Shown here piece after piece: positions 50,736-64,000 of a stretch of DNA of 64,000 nt. The DNA lies in assembly GCA_951406725.2 (NCBI GenBank), contig OX597831.1, positions 65,906,001-65,970,000 of the forward strand. The letters are read 5' to 3'. Both the position numbers and the translations under genes were made by a program. Numbering within the stretch: the stretch's first letter is position 1; every line of letters starts with the position of its first letter. The notes under the pieces were generated by a model that worked only from the letters and a program-made list of their open reading frames with translations, had not been told where the DNA came from and did not search any database. The stretch is from Octopus vulgaris (lineage: Eukaryota).

Positions 50736-50973
50736 GAGTGGTCCTCAGGTGGGGGTCCATATAAAATTTTGCTATTAAAATTATGTGCAATAAATTGGTT
50801 CTACTTTAACAATATACAAAGTATTTTAGCATTTTTTAAATAGAATTCCTAATAAATATTTAATTATCAAAATATGATAGGTGTTTTTTAAACATAAAAT
50901 GGCTATGGATGTCCATCCAAGTAAAATAGGAATCAGAGGGGTGCATAGGTACAAAAATGTTTGAGAACCACTA
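50736..50973. mobile_element. hAT-Charlie-type MITE
   Basis: gagtggtcctca ... tgagaaccacta, 8-bp TSD atgtagat/gtgtagat. Confidence 0.7.
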
Positions 50974-51098
50974 GTGTAGATCATATTACAATTTTATGAC
51001 TTTCTTCACCTTTCATTCCCTTTTTCTGGTCCTGTTGATTTGGGGGTTTATATATTGCTATAAACAATACTGCATCTTTAAAAACCATGTTTTTGCCT

Positions 51099-51331
51099 GG
51101 GCGGCAAACTGGCAGAAACGTTAGCATGCCGGGTGAAATGCATAGCCGTATTTTGTCTGCCGTTACGTTCCGAGTTCAAATTCCGCCGAGGTCGACTTTG
51201 CCTTTCATCCTTTCGGGGTCGATTAAATAAGTAACAGTTACGCACTGGGGTCGGATGTAATCGACTTAATCCCTTTGTCTGTCCTTGTTTGTCCTCTCTG
51301 TGTTTAGCCCCTTGTGGGTAGTAAAGAAATA
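51099..51331 (+). mobile_element. Meta-domain-type SINE, full length
   Basis: ggcggcaaactggcagaaacgttagc...gaggtcgactttgcctttcatcctttcggggtcg...aaagaaata. Confidence 0.85.
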
Positions 51332-51711
51332 AATGTTATAATTCATCTCTGTTTCTTAGTAATTATCAACAATTAGGCAAGTTTGAGCTATTATTTTGTA
51401 GCTGTTCTAGATGCTTTCTAAATCTTTTTGTTCATGTGCATTGATGTAGATAGACTGTCATCTCTGTATACTGCTATCTCTACAAATCCAGATCTATTCC
51501 TCAACATGTGTAGAATATACAGTTTGCATATCTCAGTTCCAGTGTATATACCCATAATTCTACAGTTTCTCATTTTCTTTCTGATTCCAGAAGAAATTAT
51601 AAAACTGTACTAATAATTAATTATATCAACATCTATAAATAAAATTTGTAAGTTTAAGTAAATTTAAATGTTTCATCACTATATATAACTTTCAGCCTAT
51701 TGGAATTTATG

Positions 51712-51747
<36 letters not shown>

Positions 51748-51847
51748 CTACCCTTGACAGGTCGCTTCAACCGTGTTTTCTGACGTGAATTTGCTACCCA
51801 GGTATCGGTTAAACGAATTTTCCATGCTTAGATAATTCATTCACCTA

Positions 51848-51896
<49 letters not shown>

Positions 51897-52213
51897 ATAT
51901 CTGTGAAATGAATTTTTTAATATATTATTAATAATTTATTGGAACATAAGCCTGTATTTTATATTAGACTGGTACCAGTATGGTTGAGTAGTCGGAGAAC
52001 ATTTATTCTAAAAACACATAAATATGCCTCAGTTTACAAACTAAACAAGCAGGAGGAAATTGGTATAAAAATAGCAACGTATATAGATACATGTTTCTTA
52101 GACATTAATATTAAAAAATAATGTTGAAAGTAATGTTGGTTTTCTGGTTGAAGTGCGTAAAATTTATTGGTAAGGAGAGGAAATAACATTTATTTCTTAA
52201 TCTGCCTTTGTAG

Positions 52214-52264
52214 AGAGAATGTCAGTTTTCTATGAGGACAAAGATATGAGTAGACCTGTTACAG
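52214..52264 (+). CDS. Candidate 51-nt internal exon
   Basis: tttcttaatctgcctttgtag| acceptor and weak donor cag|gtcgta. Phase 1-1 (E)RMSVFYEDKDMSRPVT. Confidence 0.3.
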
Positions 52265-52542
52265 GTCGTAGTAATATTCACTGGAGTAGTATGCTGTGCT
52301 GTTTATTAATAGAAAGTATATATTGTGTGAGTAATATAAAAACAAACAGTACTTGAAAGCAACTTCTTGATTGTATCCTACTGCCATGTAGTTGTCTTAT
52401 CTGCGGTTGGATGAAATCAGTAGCTAACCTACAGAACAAACCTTCACTCCTACCTTAGTACTTTCTACCTCACACGGATAAATAAGGTGACATCTATCTA
52501 TCTCTCACTCTGTCTGTTTATTTCTATCTTAATAGACATCTT

Positions 52543-52586
<44 letters not shown>

Positions 52587-53544
52587 GTATATATGCACAC
52601 ATATATACATATTCATACACACCTATATATACATATATGTATAATGTACAAGCGTTTCTTTAGGGCTGTGAGATATTCTGGTTATAACTTTTCGTAAAGA
52701 ATAACAAAAATGATTACAATTTTTCTTAATTGTATTGACATATAAATCACAAGTTTACTTCCTGCCTATTTGCAAAACAATAAGGGTCGATGATTGGTTT
52801 ACAAGTGCTGCTGGTGAAAAATATCATCTATTCAAAATAATAAGGAAAAGAAAAAAGAACAGAAAACGATTCTTTTCTTCATTCCAAGTAGATGTCGAAA
52901 CAAAAGGTTATCCTAAATCTAATTACAGTGTATGACATTTAACAAGATGATACAGAGGAGCCAAGAATTACTTGACAAGTAATCACAGAATTGATTTACA
53001 TCTTGGATAGTTTTTCTTGAAGTAGGAAATGATATTTAACATATTTGAAAGCTTAGTGAGATAACATACACTTTGGATTAAAGTTGAAAATACTCCAGTG
53101 AAAAATGTTTACATCAAATACTTTGGAAAAGGCTGAAATGAAAAGAAAAAAGTTTAAATTATAACAATGGTTTCAAACAAAAACTTTTAAAAATAATACA
53201 ATAAATAGATGATTTAAAAAAAAAAATTTCTGCAAAAATATATTACTTAAAATTTATGGTTTAATTACATTAATATCTTTTTAATGTCTGAATTTCTCAG
53301 CACTATCACTGATATTACCACATTAGATTAAATTCAATTCATATAGGAACACGTATTATTATATGGAAACTACTTTACTTCTCTATTGCTACAGTTATTG
53401 CATTATTATAACTTGAATATAAAAGTTAAAATATTTTACACATTTCAATATCATTTCATTTGCCAAAAAAATATTTTTAAAAAATCAGAAATAATGTCAC
53501 TTCTAACTCCAAAATAGTATAACTTGAATCCTACACTTTTATAG

Positions 53545-53773
53545 ACCAACATAATTTGTTACGGAAACGAACTGGTGAATTATCTGAAGTATATAACCTG
53601 TCTTGGAGTAAAATGGCACAATATCTTTCTACAATATCAAATCATGGTGTCATGTACGTTCACCGCTCTCTGTCTAATTCAGTCGTTGAGATGCAGACTG
53701 GCCACTCAACCAAAGGATCTGTAGTATTTCATTCAAGCAGGACACAGAAGCTAAAACTAGACTTGGCTAAAAG
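53545..53773 (+). CDS. Candidate 229-nt coding exon, unidentified protein (SEA-like or WD40-like guess)
   Basis: cacttttatag| acceptor, aag|gtaatt donor. Open frame QHNLLRKRTGELSEVYNLSWSKMAQYL...STKGSVVFHSSRTQKLKLDLAK in non-repetitive, higher-GC sequence. Confidence 0.55.
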
Positions 53774-54288
53774 GTAATTCTTATCACATTTTAATGTAAT
53801 TAAAGTATTTTATTTAGTTCAATCCTTTATTTTCTGATGGAGTGAAAAATAATTTTGAAATTAATATTTGATATTTCAAGTCTAAATTTTTTTTTGTCAT
53901 TTTTTAAAATATAATCATTTCTATACAAATATAATGTTTCTCAATGACCACGTGTGAGAGAACCCATCAAGATAGGATAGAAGAGATGTGTGAGATGTCT
54001 TTAAATGTTTAATTGGTATTTCAGATATTGATTGATAATAATCTGTAAGAGAAAAGAAATGTCAGAGTGGCATCATTTTAATAAATGAATGATTACATTT
54101 GTTATTTGCTTATAAATATAGTTATAACATTCTCTCATTAATAATCATAATTTATATTAGAGAAGAAAAATAATTGTTGGTAAATTACAAAATTTTCTGT
54201 TCATTATTATTCTAGATATTTTAGGTTTTTGATATTGTTTTTATGAATCAATTATTTCAAGATAATGATTTTACATTTACCAATCTAG

Positions 54289-54343
54289 ATGTCTGATCTT
54301 CAACATCACAAATTATGAACTTAATCCTGTCACAATAGATTAA
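54289..54343 (+). CDS. Candidate last coding exon
   Basis: tttaccaatctag| acceptor. In phase with the 53773 donor, giving R-CLIFNITNYELNPVTID*. Confidence 0.45.
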
Positions 54344-54773
54344 CTACAAAATGACCGGATATATAAGCAGCTCACATGAGTTTGACATAAATATTATTTA
54401 GCTAGAACTCTTATATCACACATTGTGTTGTCTTTGCAGGTAAAATCTTAAAAATTCTTACCTTGGGTTACCTGATGAAAATAATGGTTCTAGTTTATCT
54501 AGTTAAGTAAAATTTATCTACAAGTTAGCATGTCCCTCTCTCATTCACACAACATCATAGACACTCTGAATCATTTTCACTCAAATGTTTTTGAGTGAGA
54601 AATGTATTGATTTCTTACATTGGCACAATTGTATTTGGTGGGTGTAGTTGACTGGATTGAGCCATTGAACACTTTTTTCTATTAACTCTGAAAGGATTAA
54701 AAACAAATTCTCTTCAGCAGAAAATTATTTCAGAATATAGAAGAATGGAACTAAATTTTGTTTTTTATCATAT

Positions 54774-55293
<520 letters not shown>

Positions 55294-55859
55294 TATCACT
55301 TTAATGAAAAACATTGGCACAAGGCCACAATGTTTTTTAGAAGGATAGTCAACCAAATCAATGCCAGTGCTTTATTTTATCAACTCTAGAAAGATTAAAG
55401 GCAAAGTTTACCACAACAAGTTTTAAGTAAGATAATATTAATGGTTGTAAAGAAGCAATAATCTCTATAATTAGTTTTTCAGTTATGTAAGATTCATTTT
55501 GTTTCTCATTAGAAAACATACCAAGGCTGGTTATAACTGAAAATAATCAATTATAATAAAAACTTGAAAATATAATTTATTAACATTTACCTTGAAGTGA
55601 AGAATATTGAAATATAATTTTTATTTGAGAAGTTTTCAAATTATTTTGCCATAATTCAATTACTAAATTAAATATGTAATACACAATAACTTTGCAATAA
55701 CCTATAATGCAATCAAGTTAGATTAATTTTATATAAGAATGTACAATAAAATTTGCTCTAAAACAATATTGGGGTTGAGAGCATGTAAATCTGGATCATA
55801 TTCAGTTTCTATAAAAACATAGTTACATCTTTGTCAAGCATAGGAAATGAAAAGAGGTA

Positions 55860-58090
55860 CACCTACCTTCCTCTCTTATCTGCACCTGTCTAGTAGTAGT
55901 CTCTCCAGTAATCCTGCCCTACTCTGTCACCCAGTATACGCAGCTGCTATCTAACCAACCCAGGAGCGAATTCCCTGACGTCCATTCACGATGCTTCAGC
56001 TGGTGAAAAGAGGCCAACCCCTGTCCTGTCTCCCCCACACTTCCCCTCTCACACTTCCCCTTCTGGTCAGTCCCTTGACCATTGATATCATGGACCTCTT
56101 CTTCTGGCTCATCCCCACATGCCCTACTGATCTCAAAGATCACCTCCTCACTTGAAATCTACCACCCACTTGAGTGGGCACCTTGCACGTTGTGATCTTC
56201 TTAAACTGGGAACCTCATTCTCTTCTTCTTCTCCACAATAATCAGCCAATGAAGCGACAATCCTATGAACATCCAAGATATGATGCAGCAATTCAATCCA
56301 CACAGATGTTGCTTTTGGAATTGACTGCCATCACTATTCCTCTGTTCCACTGAGTTGTTCAGCATACCTCTGGTGGCTTGACTCAGACTTCATCTCCCAC
56401 CTCATTCTTCTACAGAGTATTTCAGTGGTTTACTCAGATGCTGCCGTTCATATTTGAATATCACTCTATGTGGCACGGACTCTTTGGCCTGTTCTGATTG
56501 GGGAAACATGTTGTACCAGAAAACCGCTTCCAGCTGTGAGACATGTCCCCTCTCCACCATGGCCTTGACTGTTCGATGATGTCTCTCCATGATCCCATTT
56601 CTACTTGGCCTGTATGCTACTCTGAAAAAGCGGTGCACTTTCCACCTGTCAAGTATCTCCTTCAGTGCCTCCAAATGAAATGCTGTGCTGTTGTCCATCA
56701 ACAATTCATCCACAGGGCCTTGCTCTAAGAAAACCTCATTTAGAATACGTGCCATCTCGTCCACAGTGCTTGTCCTCAATTCCCCCCAAATGGCCATCCA
56801 GCCTGGCCCACAATTGACCATTGAAAGATATGTTCTCTACCAGTAGTGTGTTACATCCACTGCTAGTCATCTCCAGTTGTGCTCTACTGAAATGTTTCCC
56901 TGCTCATACACACCCAGGGCAGGGTCGATGGATTGACACCTGTCACAGTTCCTGACCACCTTTTGGATGCTCTGTCTAGTAATGTAAGCATCAATCCTCC
57001 TGGCGAGATACAGGGTCCTATCCACTACCATATGATGCATAGCCAGCTGTCTCCTTAGCTCGGAGTCATTTAACACCGTGGCTACCCCTTGCTTCGATTC
57101 TTCCGGCTCCCCTAACCAGGCCTTTTTTACCCTGGTTAGAGCATCTTCCTTGTTTCTCTCTGAAGGCACAAAGACTACATTTATCTTCAGGCTGAACTTG
57201 CCAATCAGCTCCCGTAGAATCCCTAGGTGGTACTTCACTAGCATTTCTGCAGCCCTTTTGATTCACACCCTCTTCATCAGTGATCACTGATCCTACCCAA
57301 CCAAGCATGGTAGCTGAATCCATCCAGATTTCGATGGAGTGCAGCTCCCATTTCAAGGCCAAATTCATTTCCTTCAGCACCAACTCAGTGACATTGATGT
57401 GGTTGTTGTCGTCTGCTTTTTGAAGCCAAGCGGTATCCTCTACTTTGGTACCTTCAATTTCCAACACAACCCCTATTGCAATGCTGCTAGTATCACACCA
57501 TATGGTCCCACAATCTGATTTGGGCACATGCCAGTTCCCTCTGACTGGGTCTTCCTCTCCAGCATTTCCTGCATCATTGCCACCGTCCCTTCTCCCACCT
57601 TGTCACTTCATTTCTCCCCTTCTGCTTGTCGCTTGGTATAACTTCATGCTGTACACAACCACCCCGCGATCGGGTAGTAACTTACGAACTTCCTGCACAT
57701 TGAAAACAGTTCTCTCCTGCTGACATTGGTACCCAGCTCCAGGATCTCATTCCCCCTATGAAACACCAACTCGCCTGTTCTGTCTCTCTGAAGCTTAAGC
57801 CCCAGTGCAGCTCCTCCAACCATTGGCTCCAGTGGCTTTGCAATCAGCCCGAATTCAGATGTCTCACAACCTCTGCGGCAGGCACTATGGTCTTGTCCAT
57901 TAGGATGTCATCTATGTAGGAACTGGTCTTTTGCAAAATGTCATTCAATTTGCCCTTCACTTTGAGGGAGAAAGCCTGTGTTGCCTGCAGTGGTAATAGC
58001 TCCCTGAACATTTTCCAACTTCTTCTTACCTTACCGACTATACCCTTGTTTTGGAAATACCATCTTCACCTTTGTACATAACCTGTACAG
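55860..58090 (-). pseudogene. Gypsy/Ty3-type LTR-retrotransposon pol remnant (RT-RNaseH-integrase)
   Basis: SYIDDIL at ~57900-57920, WCDTSSIAIG (RNase H), HHM..CDRCQ zinc finger, integrase ELLMDNSTAF..AYRPSRNGIMERHHRTVK. RT-RH-IN order. No LTRs identified. Confidence 0.85.
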
Positions 58091-60529
58091 CCTTCACAAG
58101 CCATTCATTCATCCAGTGATGTAAATAAATGAACGTCAAGATAAAATGATAATCCTAACAGACTTAACCATCATTAATCCAATTTCTCTTTTATGTCTCT
58201 TATAAGATTTCTGTAATTTATTTAGTGTCAAATGTACACTAATGCTTGAATAATTTTAAAATATCCATATAGACTGGATACAATCTGTCTGAAATGCATA
58301 TGGATTAGCCTACTCTGGAACTGGATGAAACCCAATGGAATTATGATGCTATGCATATTCTTTCACAAGGTTTGAGCCTCAAAGTTACTTTAGAACAAGA
58401 TTAAATGATTAAATATAAGCTTACTTTATACAAACATCTAGAGAAATAAAGACAGTGGGGTGGCTTATAGAATTTGAACCAAATATAGATGCTGCCATAA
58501 ATCACTCAAGATACTGAGACAGGATTGAAGTTTGAAAACTAAAAATTGAAGTTTGAAAACTCACATTGGGTCAATTTATTCATCTATTTTTCATTACTGT
58601 GTGCATGCAGACACACTTTGTTGTATGCAGAGATGGATTAACTGTTAAATAAAACCCTTTTTGTGCTCAGGGCACCAATGAACAGGGACACCACAGTATT
58701 TTTTTGCCAGTACCAGATTTACCAAGGTACTTACGACATAAATTATAATAATTTTGCTTTAATGAATAAGGTGTTGAAAATTATCATTTATTCCTGATGT
58801 CCAAGTAAATAATTTGCTTCTTTTGTTTACTACTATTTAGTGTTTAAAACAACAGGTTATATTCGATAAAGTTCTGAGGTCTGGCCCACATTTCTAATCT
58901 ATTATTTCACATTCAACATTTTTTATGTATTCATTTAGGAAAAGGTATGCTTATACTTGAAAATTTAATGTGTAAAAACTGCATTTCACAGCAAATATGA
59001 TATACACCATCATCACATCAGCTTTTTTATTGTTAGATAAGCTATTTGAATTTACATAAAATCCACATCACTTACAAATATAAACATGTATAAAAACTTT
59101 TTGTTTATAATTGTTAATATATATTTCTTTCTTTTTTTTTCATAGAATAATTTATTAAAGTTCAATTAATAACTGTTTGACTGTCAGCTTCATAATTTTA
59201 TTCAGGAAACTAGTTTTCCTGAATACTTAAATAAGTGTATTGTAGGAATTCTATACTTTATAAATTACTACATATTTGTTATATTTCAGTCTCAGAGAGG
59301 TACTTTGGTAGCAGAATAGTAGAGCAACTAGTAAAATGCTCAGCAGTATTTACTTTATGTCCTAATTTAAAATTCTGCTGGAGTTGGCTTTGCTTTTCAT
59401 CTTTCTGACATTGGTAAAACAAGGACCAATTAGGATTTAGGTTGATTTTAATTGAACAATACACTTTTCCCAAACTTGCAAGCCTTGTATTTGTGTTAAA
59501 AATTGTAGTTTTTCAGATTAAAATTACATCTCAATTTAAATTTGATCAAACAGATTATGAAAAGAAATAGTTGAATGTTTAGTCAAGCTATACACCATTT
59601 AATATTCTCTAACCTATAGTATAGCTAGACTATATCTTATATTCCTTCAACAGCTTATATTTCTGCCAAAATACCACCATGACACGTTATTCTGTTACAG
59701 CAAAACATGCTTTATAATCACGAAACACATTATTATAAAAAGACTTCGGAGTCTGTTGTCAGCAGACTCTTAGTATTTTTTCACCTTTAGATCTTTGATA
59801 TAATGCTATCACTGCTATCTGTTAATTGATAGATTACATCAAAATAAGAAGTCAGACTTTCTTAACTACTACAAAGATCTGATTATAGAATGTAGTGGAC
59901 AAATTGAAAGTAACTAGACTTTCAATGAGAAAGAAGTATTGTAGTGTACAAATGTTTAACATGAATTGTCATAATTTCATTCATCCATAATAGATGAACC
60001 CAAGCTGTCTTGATAAGGATGGTTTGCATATCTTTACACATTTAAAGTATTGTTTAACCCAATGTCTCATTCAATAATTCTATAACCAAGCTAAGCCATA
60101 ATGTGAAGGAAAATAAGACAATTATCGCTGGCTGCTACTCTAGAACTTTAGATATTAAAAGACATTGATAATATTCTTTTCAAACACTGGAGTAAATAAA
60201 ATTAGATAAATAGTCCTTAATAATAAATAGCTTCGCAGACTGAAAACTGGACACTTTCACCACCACCACCACCACCACTACCACCACCACCATCACACCA
60301 TCAGCAGCATTTTAGCATTCAGTTTTCCACAGCCGGATGCCTTTCCTGTTGCCAACCCTCACTTGCTTCCACTTATTTCTACTGATTAGATAGGAATGAC
60401 ATTGATTGTCCTATGGTAACACTTGTTTACAATGATCACACGATGTCAAGACGAGGAGGCACAAACACATAACTCAGATTCACGCATACACATATATCCA
60501 TCCATACATACATACTGTGTGTGTGTGTG

Positions 60530-60876
60530 TGTTGTTTCAGTCATCTGACTGTGGCCATGCTAGGGCACTGCCTTGAAGGGTATTTTAGGTGAACAAATTG
60601 ACAACAGGTTTTTTTTTTAACCTAGTACTTATTCAATCAGTTGTTTTTGCTGAACTGCTGAGTCACAGGGACATAACACACCAACACCAGTTGTCAAGCA
60701 GTGAGTGGGGACAAACACAGACATAAAGACATGGACACACGCGGTTTCCACCTAACAAATCCACTCACAAGTCTTTGGTCAATCTGAGAGTACAGTAGAA
60801 GACACTTGCCCTAGGTGCTATGCTGTGGGATTGAACCTGGAACCAAGCTTCTTACCACACAGCTTTGCATATGCCT
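60530..60876 (-). mobile_element. Old CORE-like SINE copy
   Basis: Diverged 2074 family. Confidence 0.7.
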
Positions 60877-61098
60877 ATAGCCACACCAGGGCCTATAAGC
60901 CATGCCAGTGCCTCTAAGCTATGCCTACTATACAGCTCTGGAATATAGTGTATTTTTTAATGTTATATGTTTTTAAAGGGATTTTCCCCTGCAGTTTCTG
61001 GTTTTTTAAAACAACACATATACATTAAGTATGTTGCAAGGATAATGTTTTTATTCTTGGGCTTCTTCTATTACATACTTCAAACTTTCATATACATA

Positions 61099-61302
61099 TG
61101 TAATAATGAAATTATTGTATACAGTGCTCAGGTGCACCACAACTTGTCAAAAGCGCGTATAAAGCATATGCAGTAATGTACAAATGTCTGGAAAGTGAAC
61201 AGTGTATGAGTCAGATACATGCTTGCGTGTGTATGGAGGGGGGAAAATCAGGTGTAGTTTGTGTTGGCGAATCTCAGGAAGCATGGAAGTTTTGAAGGAT
61301 GC

Positions 61303-61303
<1 letters not shown>
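61099..61303 (-). mobile_element. CR1/L2-type LINE 3' end
   Basis: Minus strand ASFKTSMLPEIRQH..., then 3' UTR ending gtgcacctgagcactgtatacaataatttcattatta. Confidence 0.55.
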
Positions 61304-61344
<41 letters not shown>

Positions 61345-62100
61345 GATGAGCTTCTTTCAGTTTCTGTCTACTAAATCAGAAATTGAAAGAAAGAAGTATT
61401 ATTAAACATTTTGAAATAAGCATTAGCAACCATAGAAAATCTTGTAAAAATACAAGATAAAAAAACAGAGATACATCCTTCCTGTATAATACACAAAGCT
61501 CTCTTATGTTTTATGCTGTAAATCATAAAGTAACTTATGCTATTAAAGACAATACAAAATCCTTTCAATATTCTAATACTGGATGCTGCTCATAGAGTTT
61601 GTAAGATTCTTACAGGGAAGTTGGTAATTCTGTATTAATTAGAGTCTACACAGAGCATCTATTATTTTTAGCTCTGAAGTAGAAATAATCTGAAAGAAAA
61701 TAATGGGTACCTTCATTACAACACTAATGATATATAAATAAAAAAACAAAAAAGAGAGAAATGCTTGTATTAGTTGGCTTTGATCCAGCAGACTTAAGAT
61801 AAAAGGCATTCCAGCCATGACTATTCCAATTTTATTTTAATTACTATCTATCTAGGGTTACATTTTTGAGTGTGTTTTTTTAATTTTTTTAAGATGGTAG
61901 GGAGGGCTTTAAGGGAGAATTGGCTTCTATTTCTAGAGGCTACATAAAGGTTCCTGGTTTTCTTGCAATTACTTTTAATGGACTGACTCCTAAAAGCAAT
62001 GCAATACAGGGCCTACATGTGGTCAAAGGTGATACAATCATTGAACTCTTTACATTCTGAAATCCTTTTAATATCCATGATTCTATATAGAGGTGTCTCT

Positions 62101-62402
62101 TATTCCTTCTCGAGCCATGCCTGGCTCATAAGGACCAGTTTCCCGGTTTCTTTGGCATATAGGTTCCCCACCTGGACTAGACGCCAGTCCGTCGCAGGTG
62201 AGCTGCAAGATGCAGGAGGAAAGAGTGAGAGAAAGTTGTGGCGAAAGAGTCAGCAGAAGTTTCGCCATTACCTTCTGCAGGAGCCGCATGGAGCTTAGGT
62301 GTTTCACTCATAAACACACACACATCGCCCAGTCCGAGATTCGAACCCGCGATCCCTCGACCACGAGTCCGCTGCTCTAACCACTAGGTCATGTGCCTCC
62401 AC
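62101..62402 (-). mobile_element. Modular tRNA-derived SINE, tail type D
   Basis: Near-identical to 46570. 12-bp TSD agaggtgtctct. Confidence 0.85.
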
Positions 62403-62709
62403 AGAGGTGTCTCTGTCACATATAAAGTTGATAAGACCAGTTTATCTAAGTTGAATTAGATTTTATTAAACTACAGTTAGTAAAAATATTTATTAAACTA
62501 CAATTAGTAAAAATATTTTTACTTAGATGTTTCCACTCTCATACGTTGTCTGCTTGATTGTTTTTCTCAGTCTTTTATTTTTTTAAAACTATTGTTGTAT
62601 TTAGGAATGGTCATTTTGCCAGTTTAGCCAATAAAAACACACACACTATATATTTGGTGTTACTTTGCTTCAGCGTTATTTTTTTTTACATTAACCTTAA
62701 TCTTATTTC

Positions 62710-62754
62710 GGCCAGAGTTCTTTCGTCACACTCCAGTGACCACATCAGTGGTCC
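62710..62754 (-). ncRNA. Minimal hammerhead-like motif (one core mismatch) in PLE-type remnant
   Basis: Minus strand CCA-CTGATGT-g-GTCAC-tggagt-GTGAC-GAAA-G-aa-C-TC-TGG. Confidence 0.55.
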
Positions 62755-63007
62755 TTTGCTTTCTTCTTTCTTATTTGTGTGTCTCTCCTTACTAACCATC
62801 AGCCATTTTGTATTTCTATTGTATGTGTCTTCATTTGCATATGCGCATATCTCTATGTGCATCTATGTGCATCTATGTTTAGTTGTGTATATGTGTGTGT
62901 GTGTGGGGGGGGATGCCTGTAATATTTGTATCTCCTGTTTATATACATTCGTGTAATTTGTTTTTGTTTTTGTTTATTCTTATTTTGTTCACGTGTTTAC
63001 ACCCACT

Positions 63008-63009
63008 TA

Positions 63010-63067
<58 letters not shown>

Positions 63068-63120
63068 CATCATTATCATTATTATTATTATTATGTATGT
63101 ATGTATGTATAACAATAATA

Positions 63121-63170
<50 letters not shown>
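63008..63170. repeat. (ATT)n followed by (AAT)n microsatellites
   Basis: Direct reading of the sequence. Confidence 0.9.
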
Positions 63171-63177
<7 letters not shown>

Positions 63178-63586
63178 CTAAGAAAAATAAAAAAAAAACT
63201 ATTTTCATTGTGTGCATTCATTACAAATCTTGCAATGTAATGCATATCCTTCAGTTCATGAGAAACAATAGGAAATGATCTTTGAATTAAAAGTCAGTAA
63301 ACTCACATTAGTAAATATTCTAGCAACTCTCTTCATAACGAGTTTCACATTTATTACCTATGCCACTTAATTGTTAGAAATAACTGATATCAGTAGGCTA
63401 CCAATGCCACTCATTCTACAGACGTGACTGCTTTTGTTGGCTGCATTCTTGGACACCAATAGAAGTTTTTTCGCTTTCTCCTTGACAATGCATTTTATCA
63501 TCTGTAGTGTTCCGAAATGCATCTGTGTGCGGAATGATAAGTTGTGGGATAATAAGCAGCATCCGTTTAATTTTAAGCAGTTATTT

Positions 63587-63689
63587 CTACTCTGTATATT
63601 CAACGGCCAATTTATATTCATAACATACATCTCTGTCATACCTACAGAAATTGTTCATGAAGACCCGCTGATAGATGCTGTTGTTATAT
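63587..63689 (-). CDS. Candidate terminal coding exon of a - strand gene
   Basis: Minus acceptor gttcattgtag|. Phase-2 frame YNNSIYQRVFMNNFCRYDRDVCYEYKLAVEYTE*. An alternative donor tag|gtatga at 63641 would give a 48-nt exon. Confidence 0.3.
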
Positions 63690-64000
63690 CTACAATGAAC
63701 ATTGTCAGAAACAAAATATAAACTCTAGAAATATATTCTAAAGTATTGTGTACAATGCACAAACAATAACAATTCTGATTCATTGTTGAGTCCTTACCTA
63801 TAATTAAGCACACCCATGCACTTAATAGATAATTATATCATTTCAATGAAATCATGTATTTAACAAATACTCTATCCTTCTATCAACATTATGGTACCTT
63901 CTTAATATCATTCTAGTTTTATACACATGCATGCATTCCCTTTGCTAAATCATTGCTATATGCTCAAAAATATATAATCTTATATAGCAATCAAAATCAA

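Noticed and set aside
52735-52935. 66-aa ORF as an extra exon of the + strand gene
   Set aside because: No good acceptor/donor pair found that keeps phase with the neighbouring candidates.
62883-63278. Poly-I/L/N ORFs
   Set aside because: Translation of (ATT)n/(AAT)n microsatellites.

Overview
AT-rich, repeat-dominated eukaryotic DNA whose SINE and microsatellite complement looks like an octopus (coleoid cephalopod) intron or intergenic region. The species call is inference from recalled repeat families. Most ORFs in the supplied track are microsatellite or SINE noise. Recognisable content: (1) decayed Helitron Rep/helicase pieces plus non-autonomous Helitrons; (2) a full-length frameshifted mariner and an older mariner split by a nested Chapaev3-like element; (3) Tc1, pogo, hAT, piggyBac-type and Merlin-type remnants or MITEs; (4) Gypsy pol, RTE, CR1/L2 and Hero-type LINE fragments; (5) many Penelope-like (PLE) remnants, including RT and GIY-YIG pieces, fold-back pLTRs and several minimal hammerhead-ribozyme motifs, one with an intact core; (6) at least four SINE groups, one with a single tRNA-derived head joined to four different tails. 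Candidate host-gene signals are a phase-consistent chain of four + strand exons (46.9-54.3 kb, unidentified product), a possible recursive splice site at 13286/13287 and a possible - strand terminal exon at 63.6 kb. No rRNA, genuine tRNA or CRISPR array was seen. All family assignments come from motif recognition by eye, with no database search.
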